Shown here: piece by piece, positions 24,873 to 38,724 of the stretch
How the letters are laid out: every line of letters starts with the position of its first letter
Numbering within the stretch: position 1 is the first letter of the stretch
From: Eledone cirrhosa
Taxonomy: Eukaryota
Direction: 5' to 3'
Assembly (NCBI GenBank): GCA_964016885.1
Contig: OZ024756.1
Coordinates: 44,082,001-44,146,000, forward strand
Length of the DNA: 64,000 nucleotides
Made by a program: the position numbers and the translations under genes
Notes under the pieces: model-generated
Database searches by the model: none
What the model was told of the DNA's origin: nothing
The model's input: only the letters and a program-made list of their open reading frames with translations

Positions 24873-26315
24873 TCCCATTATCACAACCCCAATAAGACAG
24901 TAAGATAGGGAGAGAATTGTTAAAATTCTTTGTATGTTCTTTGTTCCAGTTTAGAGGTCTCTGAGTTCAAATTCTGCTGAGGTCAACTTAAATTTTCATT
25001 CTTTAAGCTTGAGTGCTGAGGTCAACTGTTTCTCTGTATCTCTGACTCACTTCCTCTATCTCCTTCACTGGAAGAAATTGGCTGAGAAGGAATGAGCTTT
25101 GCCTGGTTTAAAGCAGAGATGCCCCCAAACATGCTGTATGTCCTTACGACACCCCTAACAACTCCATAGGGTGTTGCAGGTCTATACATACAAGACAATA
25201 AGAAACACCATGTTTGTGTGTAAGTATGTATTTGTGTGTAAGTTTGTATATATTATAAAAAGTTGGACCCAATAGCTGTGTCCTTGCCATTTCAACAGCT
25301 AATTCCAGACTTCTTAAACAATGTTTAATCTGATAAATTATTTATGAAAGCTAACCTCGGCGGGATTTGAACTCAGAACATAAAGGGCTGTAACTATTTT
25401 TATCAGGAAAATAATTTAGGAAAAATGAAAAATATTTTTTTTTTAAATGATGAAAAAGAAAATTCAGGTGTGACAAAGAGCAACAGGCTAAAGGCTGGTT
25501 TGATCCTTGTAATCTTATCATATCTATCTTTCTCCCTCCTTTTGTTTTGTGTGGGTGGATGTATTTGTGAGTCATGTTCATATAGAATAGAACATCTCAC
25601 TAGAATGAATTTAATATATCAGTGAAACCCAAGATGGCTGCTTACTAGTGAAATGAGAAATGAATGAGAGAGGAGTGTGAAGACAAACAACAGTTCAAAA
25701 GACTGACTAGATAAGCAGCTTAGAGAAAGATTTACAAAATGAAGGTAGGAAATAATAGTAATGGTTTCTTATTTAGGCACAAGGCCAGCAATTTGAGGGG
25801 GAGGGAAAGTAGATTAAATCAACACCAGTGCGTTACTGGTACTATATTTTAATGACTCCGTAAGAATGAAAGGCAAAGCTAACCTTAGTGATTACATCAT
25901 TATAATCACGACCAACAACAATTGTAATATATTCACATCTACTTAAAGATGATTTAGTAAAACATGTGTATTGTCTTCTGCCCAGTTAGATGACTGTCTT
26001 GATAGCTTCCACTCAAACTATGAAGTAGGTGTGAGGCTGAACAACTCCTTTAACTTAATGCGTCATGAAGAGGGGGGGGGGTACCAAAGAAGGCATCAGC
26101 AACTCCATATAGGGGTAACTTCATATAGGGAACATCATCATCAGTGATAATAAACCACCTTGTTGTCAAATCCCACTTTCATCTATATCACCACTAACCA
26201 GAGCTCAACATAACATTCTTCTTTTCTTAACCAGTAACTCCCTTTGTAGTTGTGTACCCCATGAAGGTGGGAGTGGTATTTCATTTTAAGAGCTTATAAA
26301 GGCAAAATCTGTTAA

Positions 26316-26616
26316 CCCTTTCTTTACCATATTTCTAATGAAATAACTCTCTTTTACCTGTTTCAGCCATCCGGCTGAGGCCATGCTGGGGCACCGCCTA
26401 TATTTTTCAATTTATTTTGAAAATAACCAAAAATTTAAAGGATTTTAATGAAATACCTTATTTCTTCATTATCAAACAAATTTTAGAACCTTAATAAAAG
26501 TTTCTAAAATAAAATTATGAAGGAAGATCTTAATATTATAAAAGATTAAACATTTTAAAATGAGTCGTTTTATATTATAAAACCAGAGCAGTTTACACAA
26601 TTTGGTATCAAAAGGG
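26316..26616. mobile_element. piggyBac-like MITE (family 2)
   Basis: TTAA|CCCTTTCTTTACCA ... TGGTATCAAAAGGG|TTAA, with perfect TTAA on both sides; a diverged relative lies at 38158-38464. Confidence 0.75.
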
Positions 26617-26964
26617 TTAAAGAATAGTTTACCATCTTAATGTTTAGGGCATTACATTGGTTCCCTGCCAACTTTATTCTTTGATTATTACCCAGAATGG
26701 AACAAAGTGTTCATATTTCAAATATAAATTTCAACAAAAATGTCATCACATGAATGTTAATATGAGATTTGAAGAGGTGAAGTGTGAGCGTATGTATATG
26801 TGTATGTATGAACCTTGTCTTTTATCTGTGTCGTTGTATGTGTGTGTGTAGCGAGAGGTGAAGTTCAGACAATTTTATATAAGAAACTCTTGTGGTGTTC
26901 TAAACGCAAACTTTATATGTTAACCTTTTCATTAGCATAGGTTTCTCCCTACATACAAAAGGAT

Positions 26965-27175
26965 GACTGTATCTGAAGTGCAATGCTGCATGGTAATGAA
27001 ACGTGGGCTGTGACTGCAGACAACATGAAGCAACCATGCTTCGTTGGATGTGCAATGTAAATAAATGTGAGGGAAAGGCAGAGCTTGGATGATACGAGAG
27101 ACAAGTTGGGTTTAAGAGGAATCTGAAGTGGTGTGTAGGAGAGAAGACTGTGTTGGTACAGATATGTGATGTAAA
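26965..27175 (+). mobile_element. degenerate RTE ORF2 fragment
   Basis: SAMLHGNETWAVTA and RGI..ERRL remnants with stops. Confidence 0.7.
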
Positions 27176-27831
27176 GTTGAGTAAGCATGTATGATATATA
27201 GGCTCACTTTTAGTTGATTAAGAATTAATGGAAGCATTATAGGTCAGTTCATTCTTGTTAAAGATATATTCAGTCTTGAATGAAGTGAAATATATTAAGT
27301 AAACCACCTCAGGTTAAAACTAACAGTCTTTGATCATTGGGTTAAACAAATAAATGGTAATATTTGTTTCAAATATAGGGCATAGGACAAGAAATTTGAA
27401 AGTTAAGGTAAATTATATTGATGACAGAAGAATGAGTGGCACAATGGTGATGATGTGTAAGGATGGGTTTATGGGGACACAAACACACATACTCATACAG
27501 AGACAAGATATACACACATACACAGATATACACACACACTCAAACACACACATACTCATACACACAAACACACACATACCCAATCACTGCCAAAGAAATC
27601 TTCAAAAGGCAACCTACTTATATATTCAAACAAAGATGGATGATTTCTAAATTATAATTATTTGTGAAAGAGAAAGAGAATACATTTTAAATACTAAAGG
27701 AAAAAAATATATACATATGTGTGTATATATATATATATATATACATACATACATACATACATACATACATACATACATACATACATACATACATACATAC
27801 ATACATACGTGTGTTTGTATACACATGTATA

Positions 27832-30320
27832 TCATCATCATCATCATCATCGTTTAACCTCCATCTTCCACGCTTGCATGGGTTTGGATGGGAGTTTTCC
27901 CACTTGAGGCAAGAGTGGTTGTCTCGCTCGCAAAGGACTGTCTGCCCTTCCTAACACCAACCACGTTTACAGTGTGGACTGGGAGGTTTTTACCATGTTA
28001 CCTACACGGCCACATTACAGCGTGGACTGTGTTTTTTTTTTTGTCGTGACACCTACACGACCTCATTTGTTTCGGACTGGATGTTGTGGTACCAACATAA
28101 CTTTACATTGAAAGAGGTGGTGTGGATGGGGTGGGGGTAGTGGGACGGGGGTGTATTTTGTTAGAGGTGCCTACTGACTGTTGTAGGTTTCACTTTGTAC
28201 TTAGGTAAGGCGGGTCTTCTGTATTACTGTGTAGCGCCAAAGATCTCGGTCCAGTGACATTGTCTTGGAGAGGTGTAAGTGTGTGAGGTCGGAATTTATC
28301 AAGTCGTCCCAGGTTTTTCTGGGTCTGCCTACTCCGTGGCTACCGTCTATTTTTATTGCCCTGCACTTTTTTATACAGCTGTCGTCTTTCATGCGCGTCA
28401 TGTGACCATACCAACGTAGTCTTCTCTCGAGTAAACAACATCTGATCCCTCTTATTTTTAATTTTTCCCTTAGTTCGTTTATGCTTTGCCGTTCACGGAT
28501 ATTACTATTACACATCCAGCGGAGCATGCAAGCTTCGTTCCTCTCCAGTCTGCGTATATCCTCTGCACACAATGCCCATGTCTCACTGCCATGTAACATT
28601 GCTGTTCGTATGCAGGCATCATACAGCCTGCCTTTCATTTTTAGAGAGAACTCTTTAGCGGCCAATAGTGGTATAAGCTCTCTGAACTTTTTCCATCCCG
28701 TTCTGACCCTAGCTACTGTACTTTCAGAGCACCCTCCACCACTGCTGATTTTGTCACCCAAGTAACGGAAGGTGTCCACTATTTCTATAGAACCATCTGT
28801 GCAATGGAATGAGCTAGTATTCTGTGGGCACTTGCTGCTACTTATTGCACCAGAGCACCGGCCACATATAAAATCTATGTTCTTAGTTAGCTTACCTGTG
28901 ATCCCACTACATCTTTTATGCACCCATACTTTGCGTTTGAGACATAAAATGGAGTTTCTACCTACTCCTTTCCTACACACTGAGCATGGCCATTTCCCGA
29001 ATGGGACCGGTGCCCTATTTTCCTTCCTATAAACTAGAACTTTAGTCTTAGACAGGTTAATTTTAAGGCCTTTTGATTCTAGGCCATGCTTCCATGTTTG
29101 GAATTTCTTCTCTAGTTCGGCCATTGATTCAGCTATGAGCGTTAGATCATCTGCATATAGGAGTTCCCATGGGCAGCCGGTCTTGAACTCCACTGTTATA
29201 GCCTGAAGGGCAATAATAAATAGTAGGGGGCTAAGAACGGAGCCCTGATGAACACCAACTTTTACGCTAAACTCTTCACTATATTCGTTGTTAATTCTAA
29301 CCTTGCTGACTGTTTCTTTATACATGGCTTGTATAGCTCTCACAAGCCATTCATCAACACCTAGTTTTCTAAGAGCCCACCAGATAATGGAACGGGGGAC
29401 TGTCGAAGGCTTTCTCCAAGTCGACAAACGCTAAGTATAGGGGTTTACTTTTAGCTAGGTACTTCTCCTGTAGTTGTCGTACAATGAAAAGAGCGTCTGT
29501 GGTACTTTTACCTTACACAAACCCGAACTGTATTTCATCTAGATCAATTCTCTCTCTGAGCTATTACTTTTTCTGTGACCTCCATGACCTGGTCGATTAA
29601 TTTAATGCCTCTATAGTTACTCCTATCTAGGGCATCTCCTTTACCCTTGTAGCAGTTAATGATGATGCTGCTACGCCAGTCCATCGGAACGACCCCATTC
29701 TGTATGACTTGGTTTACTATCCGGGTGACCATGGTGTGTCCCACCGTTCCAGAATCTTTCAGCATTTCAGCAACTATTTCCGAAGGCCCAGCCGCCTTAC
29801 CCGTCTTCATATCTTTGATTGCCTTGCTTATTATACTACCTTCGATTAACACTGCTGGTCCCTCTATTGGGTCAATGTGGGGGAGACTGTCTTTCTCCCA
29901 TTTATTCTCCTCATTTAGTAGCCTTTCGTAGTGACACTTCCAAGCTACCTTCTTATCAGCGTCAGTGATGGCAAGTACACCATCATCATTAAGGACACAC
30001 TTCTCCCCGACAATATCACGGTTTTCCTTCACACATTGCCTAGCAATCCTGAACACCTCACGTTTTTGGTCCTTGCGTTGTAGAACATACTTGAACTTTC
30101 TTTCCTCTGCTTCCCTTCTTGCGAAGTACACTTGTCTCCTAGCTTCCCTCCTGGCCACTTGATAGTCTTCTCTACTCCCCCCATCCCGCCATACTTTCCA
30201 AGCCTGCTTTTCGGCCTTAATTGACTCCTCCACCTTACTGTTCCACCACCATGTTACTCTCCTCCTGCCTATAGGCCTGCTCCAGCCACAGACTTCGTCT
30301 ACCGCCATCAGCAGGTTTGC
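27832..30320 (-). mobile_element. 5'-truncated RTE-clade LINE (family A), frameshifted reverse transcriptase
   Basis: ORF pieces 29544-30308 (KAAGP..EMLK, YKGKGDALDRSNYRGIKL) and 28201-29427 (GVHQGSVLSPLLF, LYADD, ERRLRWYGH, GRPRKTW). Two small deletions near 29400 and 29560 relative to the copy at 38725; (tga)n tail at 27832-27850. Confidence 0.95.
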
Positions 30321-30614
30321 TTTATATATATGTGTATGTGTGTGTGTATGATGAGAGCAATTAAAAGTAATGGGCTTTTCTTTTAATGAGAAAGTCTAAT
30401 ATATAATCTTCAAAGATAATTAATTAACATGTGTGTATATGTGTGTATTAATGTATGTGTCTGTATTAATATATGTGTATATGTCTGTATTAATATATGG
30501 GTATGTGTCTGTATTGATGTATGTGTATATGTCTGCATTGATGTATGTCTGAGTATATATATATTCAAGTATGTGTATATGTGTATGTAAGTGTGTATGT
30601 ATCAATGTATGTTT

Positions 30615-31362
30615 ACATGTGTATATATGGAAGTGTGACTACATGTGTATATATGGAAGTGTGACTACATGTGTATATATGGAAGTGTGACTACATGTGT
30701 ATATATGGAAGTGTGTCTACATGTGTATATATGGAAGTGTGTCTACATGTGTATATATATGGAAGTGTGTATACATGTGTATATATATGGAAGTGTGTAT
30801 ACATGTGTATATATGGAAGTGTGTATACATGTGTATATATGGAAGTGTGTATACATGTGTATATATGGAAGTGTGTATACATGTGTATATATGGAAGTGT
30901 GTATACATGTGTATAAATGGAAGTGTGTATACATGTGTATATATGGAAGTGTGTATACATGTGTATATATGGAAGTGTGTATACATGTGTATAAATGGAA
31001 GTGTGTATACATGTGTATATATGGAAGTGTGTATACATGTGTATATATGGAAGTGTGTATACATGTATATATATGGAAGTGTGTATACATGTATATATAT
31101 ATATGGAAGTGTGTATACATGTATATATATGGAAGTGTGTATACATGTGTATATATATATGGAAGTGTATCTACATGTATATATATAAGGAAGTCTGTCT
31201 ACATGTGTATATATTTGTATATATGGAAGTGTGTCTACATGTGTATATATGTGTATATATGGAAGTGTGTCTACATGTGTATATATGTGTATATATGGAA
31301 GTGTGTCTACATGTGTATATATGGAAGTGTGTCTACATGTGTATATATGGAAGTGTGTCTAC
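30615..31362. repeat. ~26-bp minisatellite
   Basis: Unit gtgtatatatggaagtgtgtatacat. Confidence 0.9.
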
Positions 31363-31677
31363 ACAAAGAATTAATCTTTTTTATGGATTAACAGAGATTA
31401 AATAAACAAAAAAAAAAGTCGGTAAAGGAGATTATGTGTGGAAGTGGGGAGATTTTATAGTGTGTGTACCTGTATATATATATGTATGTATGTGTCTATA
31501 TATATATGTGTGTGTGTATGTATGTGTCTATATATATATATGTGTATGTATGTGTCTATATATATATATACATATGTATGTGTGTGTGTGTGAGAGCTAC
31601 AGGGGGGAGGGGGTGAATAAAAAGGAAAAATATCTTAAGAACACTACAGTAGGAAACGTTTTGTTGAAGTGGAGAAT

Positions 31678-33714
31678 TATTGTTGTTATATGGTGGGAGG
31701 TAGGTGTTATTGTTATATGGTGGGAGGTAGGTGTTATTGTTATATGGTGGGAGGTAGGTGTTATTGTTATATGGTGGGAGGTAGGTGTTATTGTTATATG
31801 GTGGGAGGTAGGTGTTATTGTTATATGGTGGGAGGTAGGTGCTGTTATATGGTGGGAGGTAGGTGCTGTTATATGGTGGGAGGTAGGTGTTATTGTTATA
31901 TGGTGGGAGGTTGGTGCTGTTATATGGTGGGAGGTAGGTGTTATTGTTATATGGTGGGAGGTTGGTGTTATATGGTGGGAGGTTGGTGTTGTTATATGGT
32001 GGGAGGTAGGTGTTATTGTTATATGGTGGGAGGTAGGTGTTATTGTTATATGGTGGGAGGTTGGTGTTATTGTTATATGGTGGGAGGTAGGTGTTATTGT
32101 TATATGGTGGGAGGTAGGTGTTATTGTTATATGGTGGGAGGTAGGTGTTATTGTTATATGGTGGGAGGTAGGTGTTATTGTTATATGGTGGGAGGTAGGT
32201 GTTATTGTTATATGGTGGGAGGTAGGTGCTGTTATATGGTGGGAGGTAGGTGCTGTTATATGGTGGGAGGTAGGTGTTATTGTTATATGGTGGGAGGTTG
32301 GTGCTGTTATATGGTGGGAGGTAGGTGTTATTGTTATATGGTGGGAGGTTGGTGTTGTTATATGGTGGGAGGTTGGTGTTGTTATATGGTGGGAGGTAGG
32401 TGTTATTGTTATATGGTGGGAGGTTGGTGTTATTGTTATATGGTGGGAGGTTGGTGTTATTGTTATATGGTGGGAGGTTGGTGTTGTTATATGGTGGGAG
32501 GTTGGTGTTATTGTTATATGGTGGGAGGTTGGTGTTGTTATATGGTGGGAGGTTGGTGTTATTGTTATATGGTGGGAGGTTGGTGTTATTGTTATATGGT
32601 GGGAGGTAGGTGTTATTGTTATATGGTGGGAGGTAGGTGTTGTTATATGGTGGGAGGTAGGTGTTATATGGTGGGAGGTAGGTGTTGTTATATGGTGGGA
32701 GGTAGGTGTTGTTATATGGTGGGAGGTAGGTGTTGTTATATGGTGGGAGGTAGGTGTTGTTATATGGTGGGAGGTAGGTGTTATTGTTATATGGTGGGAG
32801 GTAGGTGTTATTGTTATATGGTGGGAGGTAGGTGCTGTTATATGGTGGGAGGTAGGTGCTGTTATATGGTGGGAGGTAGGTGCTGTTATATGGTGGGAGG
32901 TAGGTGTTATTGTTATATGGTGGGAGGTAGGTGTTATTGTTATATGGTGGGAGGTTGGTGTTGTTATATGGTGGGAGGTTGGTGTTGTTATATGGTGGGA
33001 AGTTGGTGTTATTGTTATATGGTGGGAGGTTGGTGTTATATGGTGGGAGGTTGGTGTTATTGTTATATGGTGGGAGGTTGGTGTTATTGTTATATGGTGG
33101 GAGGTTGGTGTTATTGTTATATGGTGGGAGGTTGGTGTTATTGTTATATGGTGGGAGGTTGGTGGTGTTGTTATATGGTGGGAGGTAGATGTTATTGTTA
33201 TATGGTGGGAGGTAGGTGTTATTGTTATATGGTGGGAGGTTGGTGTTATTGTTATATGGTGGGAGGTAGGTGTTGTTATATGGTGGGAGGTAGGTGTTGT
33301 TATATGGTGGGAGGTAGGTGTTGTTATATGGTGGGAGGTAGGTGTTGTTATATGGTGGGAGGTAGGTGTTGTTATATGGTGGGAGGTAGGTGCTGTTATA
33401 TGGTGGGAGGTAGGTGTTATATGGTGGGAGGTAGGTGTTATATGGTGGGAGGTAGGTGTTATATGGTGGGAGGTAGGTGTTATATGGTGGGAGGTAGGTG
33501 TTATATGGTGGGAGGTAGGTGCTGTTATATGGTGGGAGGTAGGTGCTGTTATATGGTGGGAGGTAGGTGCTGTTATATGGTGGGAGGTAGGTGTTATATG
33601 GTGGGAGGTAGGTGTTATATGGTGGGAGGTTGTTATATGGTGGGAGGTTGTTATATGGTGGGAGGTTGTTATATGGTGGGAGGTAGGTGTTGTTATATGG
33701 TGGGAGGTAGGTGT
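31678..33714. repeat. G-rich 18-30-bp minisatellite, ~2 kb
   Basis: Core gttatatggtgggaggtWggt plus 0-2 trinucleotides (gtt/att/gct). Confidence 0.95.
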
Positions 33715-34347
33715 AGCAACAGGGTGTTTACAAGGCAGCAACACATTACCTCAGACAGATTGGTACTTCTCACACTAATATATTAGCTAAGGAGACTCCT
33801 CACACTCACATGTATGTATATATACACACACATATATACATACGTACGTACATATACATACATATACACATATCCATAAACATACATATAAACCAGAAGA
33901 TACATATATAAACATATATACATGAAGATATAAACAAAGAAACACATACATAGATGTAATAACAATTTGGTTTGTTTTTCTTTTGTTTTTTTTTTCCCTG
34001 TAATTTTATTTTATTTCGAGATAGTAACAGTTTGGAAATTAATTAAATTAAACAACTAACGAATGTTTTATACCAATTTGTGGAACTATGCCAAGCTCTA
34101 AGTCAATAACAGATCGTTAAGAATTGGATAAGGGTAAACATAGTGAGACTAGTAGATAGAAATAACTGAAAAAAGTGGTTGCTGCTTGTTTAAAAACAAC
34201 ACAGCCAGACTCAGTCTAATTGCTTTTACATCATAACAGCAACGACAATTTCATGATTAAAGGAGAAAAAAGTATTGATTTTATTGATCTTTTATTGAGG
34301 AAAAGGAATAGTTTATAAATTCTACTTCGATGAAAATTAAGATTATT

Positions 34348-34457
<110 letters not shown>

Positions 34458-34958
34458 CCAAAATTAAAATTAAGGGTTGTCATGTCTGAGAGACATGCAC
34501 CATATCCACTGTAGAATAAGCTCAAAGATTCCTATGAATAGATCTGAGCATTTGGATATATATACGGCCCCTTGATTGTTGAGCTAATTCAGTTGAATAG
34601 ACTCAGCTGCTATTTCTGTGCAATGTGTGTATTATTTTTTAAATGCAACACGTGGTTCAAGTCATTCACAGTTGCATTTGCTTTGTAAACGCAGATAGTT
34701 ATCTTCTCCTTTGGTGAACATCCAAGAATTTGACTACTGTGTTTTACAGATTAATTGGTGAAATATATTTCTTACTTAAAGAAATATATACAAAGGAGAT
34801 TAATCATTTTAAAAGGTATCTATATTTGAAGTTCTAGTTAAACTTTAATTGGTTACCTACCTAGCTATGTGTGCTTACATTCTTTACAAATTATTCCCTG
34901 TGATTGTTTCATATGTTTATTTTATATATATATATATATATGTCAATCTATTTCTAGT

Positions 34959-34998
<40 letters not shown>

Positions 34999-37900
34999 TC
35001 ATAATACACAGATAATTGATAAGAGGTCGACATGATAAAAAAATATCAAATAAAATATCGAACTGTTAGAAATAGTAAGTAAAACTCCTTTCAATAACAC
35101 CCTAATGGCTTTTTGTTAGAAAAAAAGAAAAATAAAGAAAAAAGGGGAGGATTAGAGGATCGATAATATAGTTGTAAGATATGACTGTATGTATCCCCTA
35201 CCCCAGGAGGTGGTGTCATTGTGACATCAGACAGGGGAGTCATTGGACATTTCAAACTTGGAATGGTATTTGTTTTATCGACCTCTCGAAAGGATGAAAG
35301 GCAAGTCTTTCTCTCCACCATTATATTGACTGCCAATTCTCTGCCTCACTCCTACATATATAAGTAATTAATATACGTATATAAGTAATTAATATACGTA
35401 GATAAGTAATTAATATTTTTAGTAAATCGCTCCGAATTCTTCATTAATTAATCCAAATATAAAGTATTTCATTAGAAATTTGGTAATGAAAGACTGAAGT
35501 AGATAAAATATGTCAAGCATGGCTCCTGAAGAAGATGAGTGTCTTGATAAATTATAAGATAGATCCCAGATTGCCATATATTGATTTTTATCAAACAATC
35601 AATCAATAGGTGCCGCTTCTTTCACAGATTCCCTTCACTCTCTGTCACCATCCAATTCTATCATTCACCATATTCAGCAGGTGAGAGGGATTGTGTCCCG
35701 GTGAGTCAGATGTGACTAAAAAGGTTCAAATCAATCTAGAAAGACATCCAGTTATAAAACTGCTGCCTCAACAAGTCTCATCCAACCCATGCCTGGGAGA
35801 GCAAATATATTACCGTGCTGAAGATGATTGAGTGTGTGTGTACACATGCAGACACACTCGGATGCACACACAAACACACTCAGATACCCATACACACATG
35901 TAGACAGAGACACACACACATATAGACAGAGGCAGATAGAGACAGACACCCACATGTAGACCAAGACACACACACATGTAGATAGAGACCCACACATGTA
36001 AACAGACACACCCACATGTAGACAGAGACCCACACATGTAGACAGAGACACCCACACATTCAAATGTCTGACTAAGGCTAAAAGAGATAAGAGAATGCAT
36101 TAGTTATTCAGTTATTCCCATGATACAATTGAGGAGTGTAAAGATATAACACCAGGGTGTGTGATATCATCCTAGCAGTAAACTAAGCTGTGTAATATAT
36201 CAAACAAACAGTATCAGATTAAATATAGCACAACGATATTTCCATGCTGTAAAGGATATATAGTATCAGGATTAGTCAGAAGATATTTAAGCTGAACAGA
36301 GCAGTGCTTTCAAACTATTGTAATATCACACAATATCACACACTGCAGCCAATCACTGTCTAGTGGAGTGTAGAAAGAGTATGTATAATATCTAAATGTG
36401 ATAAACAAGATATACTATAGCAACTAAATGTAATAAAGATATATGTATGCTATGAAAAAAGCTATGTAGCATATAATAGAAATGTAAGACCCATCTGTGA
36501 ATATAACCACAGTATCAATATGTAGATATGTATAGTATCTAAATATAATCAAGATATCTATGAGATATAACACGTCTATGTAGTATACCATAGAAAGGTA
36601 GGTAAGGTCCATCTGTGAATATAACCACAGTATTAATATGTAGCAACATTTGTAGAAAGAAGCGAATAGAAGTTAGATCCTATGAAGAATATCAAGCAAT
36701 ACTATCAACATATAGTAAGTGATATCAAAAGGATGTCTTATATCTAGTGGTTGTATATATATAAATATGCATATGCTGTCATGACATACAGCATGTCTTG
36801 GACATTTTAAAACTTGGCAGAGCCCATCCCTTCTCCAGGACTGAACACAGTCTCTCTCTCTCTACATTTCGTTTGGGAGAAATACTTTTGGTTTAGCAAC
36901 ATTTCAGTTGACAAACGGCCTTCAAGAACGAATTAAGTTCATAACTGAGGTTCCACTGTACAAAGATTTATATACCATTTTAAGATCCTGCAAAGATTTA
37001 ACAGAAAATATCTATATAAAAAAATAAAATTAATTAAAAAAATAACAGGTTTGTTAATTCAAATGTTTATAATATCTTTATTTTTGGACAGATTATTGTG
37101 AAACACTTGGATATTGCATAAAACTGAGTGAAACACTGGGATATTGCATAAAACTGACACATATTCACATAGGCAGTGATTCACTCAATGTATGTTGGGT
37201 TTTGATCTCAGAAAAAATAATATGTAAAGAGTTCAGTGTTCATTTTATTAGGGTTTTTTTCTTTTGAAGAAAATATAGACCCAGAGTGAAAAGAAAGAAA
37301 TGTTTTTTGCATTTTTTTTTTGTTCAGAAATTATTTTTATAGCTTTTATTCCACAGGGAAGAAGGATATGAGCAGACTTTTAAATCGATTCCTTTCCATT
37401 TCATACAGTTTCTTTGACTACCGGATTTCCAGCACTTACACACACACAAACACATATATACATACATGCATACATACATATAATCACACACAAACACATA
37501 CACACATATACACTCATATTAAAAAGGAAATCAATTGAGAAAGAAAGAGGAAAAAGTGCAATTACTAAAGCACTTTGAGAAGTGATTTACTAAGAATAAA
37601 GTAGAGAGGGAAAAGAAGGTAAACATTAGATGGGGGGGGGGGCATGAAACAACAAAAGTGCTCAAGAACTGGGAGTTTGATCAGAAATCTAAAGGCAGCA
37701 GATTAAGGTTAACTCTTTCATTTCTAATGGAAAAAAAAAGCTCTGCCTATGATTTTCAAATAATAAAGAATATATAATTTTCAAGAATGGTAAAGTAATG
37801 AGAGTAGAATTTCAGAGATGTTCAAGTCAAACACAGAAAAAGAAAACAGCATTGAAAAGGAAGGAAAGATGAAGGACTATTACGCAATGGAAGGGAAGAG

Positions 37901-38157
37901 GGTGACAGACTCTACATGGAGGGGTTTCTCATTATCAATCTAGTGTTTGCCTGGCTGATCCCAAATGATAGAAAGTGAGAAACATTTTCAAATATTTTCA
38001 AATAATTTTGAAAATAATCAAGAACTTAGAGGGATTCAGAGGGATTCTTATCAATCTAGTTGAAAATAATAAAGAATTTATAAGAATTTCTCATTGCAAC
38101 ACAACAGAGGTCCTTCAATTAGGATAGAAGGCCTTTTTTTATATATAAATACTTTAA

Positions 38158-38464
38158 ACCTTTTGTTACCTTACTTCTAATGAATAACACTGCCTAATGA
38201 TGTTTCAAATAATTTTCGAGAGATTTAGTATATAACTTTTTCATTATCAAGCTGGTATTTAGAACATAACTTAACAAAATCTTTCAGAAAATTATGATGG
38301 AAGGTTTCTAGATAAATATAAGCACTTTAAGATAAACAGTTTTGTAGTGTAGAAGCAGGGGTGGGTTCAGGCAGTTTAGTATCAACAGGTTAAAGATATG
38401 AAATAAATTATTTCACTCTCTTCCCTGTACCAGGGGTGGTTTCAGCTGGATTAGTATTAACGGG
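38158..38464. mobile_element. diverged piggyBac-like MITE (family 2) with duplicated right end
   Basis: ttaa|accttttgttacc..ttctaatgaa matches the 26316 left end; right-end-like motifs end in TTAA at 38390 and again at 38465. Confidence 0.55.
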
Positions 38465-38646
38465 TTAAAGATAAAAAAAATATATTATCTTACTTTACTC
38501 CATGTATAGAAGTCGGTATTAGATAATGATAATGTTTGTAACCCAAACTAGTATATGTGTGGGGGGGGGGTCTGGGGGGGGGGGTCTGTAAGAGGATGGA
38601 GAAGGAAGAAAGCATGTGGCAGTGACAGAAGTTAGAGATATATATA

Positions 38647-38723
38647 CAGGGTATCCCAAAAAATGTATACACACTTCAATAGCATTCTAATAAATTTTTG
38701 TATACATTTTTGGGGACACCCTA
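38647..38723. mobile_element. Tc1/mariner-type mini-MITE (~77 bp)
   Basis: TA|CAGGGTATCCCAAAAAATGTATACA ... TGTATACATTTTTGGGGACACCCTA|TA: ~25-bp TIRs, TA target. Confidence 0.75.
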
Positions 38724-38724
38724 T

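Noticed and set aside
28481-30162. Plus-strand ORFs overlapping the LINE (also 39490-40635, 62853-63293)
   Set aside because: Antisense shadows of the RT frame.
31436-33786. 700-780 aa ORFs
   Set aside because: Minisatellite translation, open on both strands.
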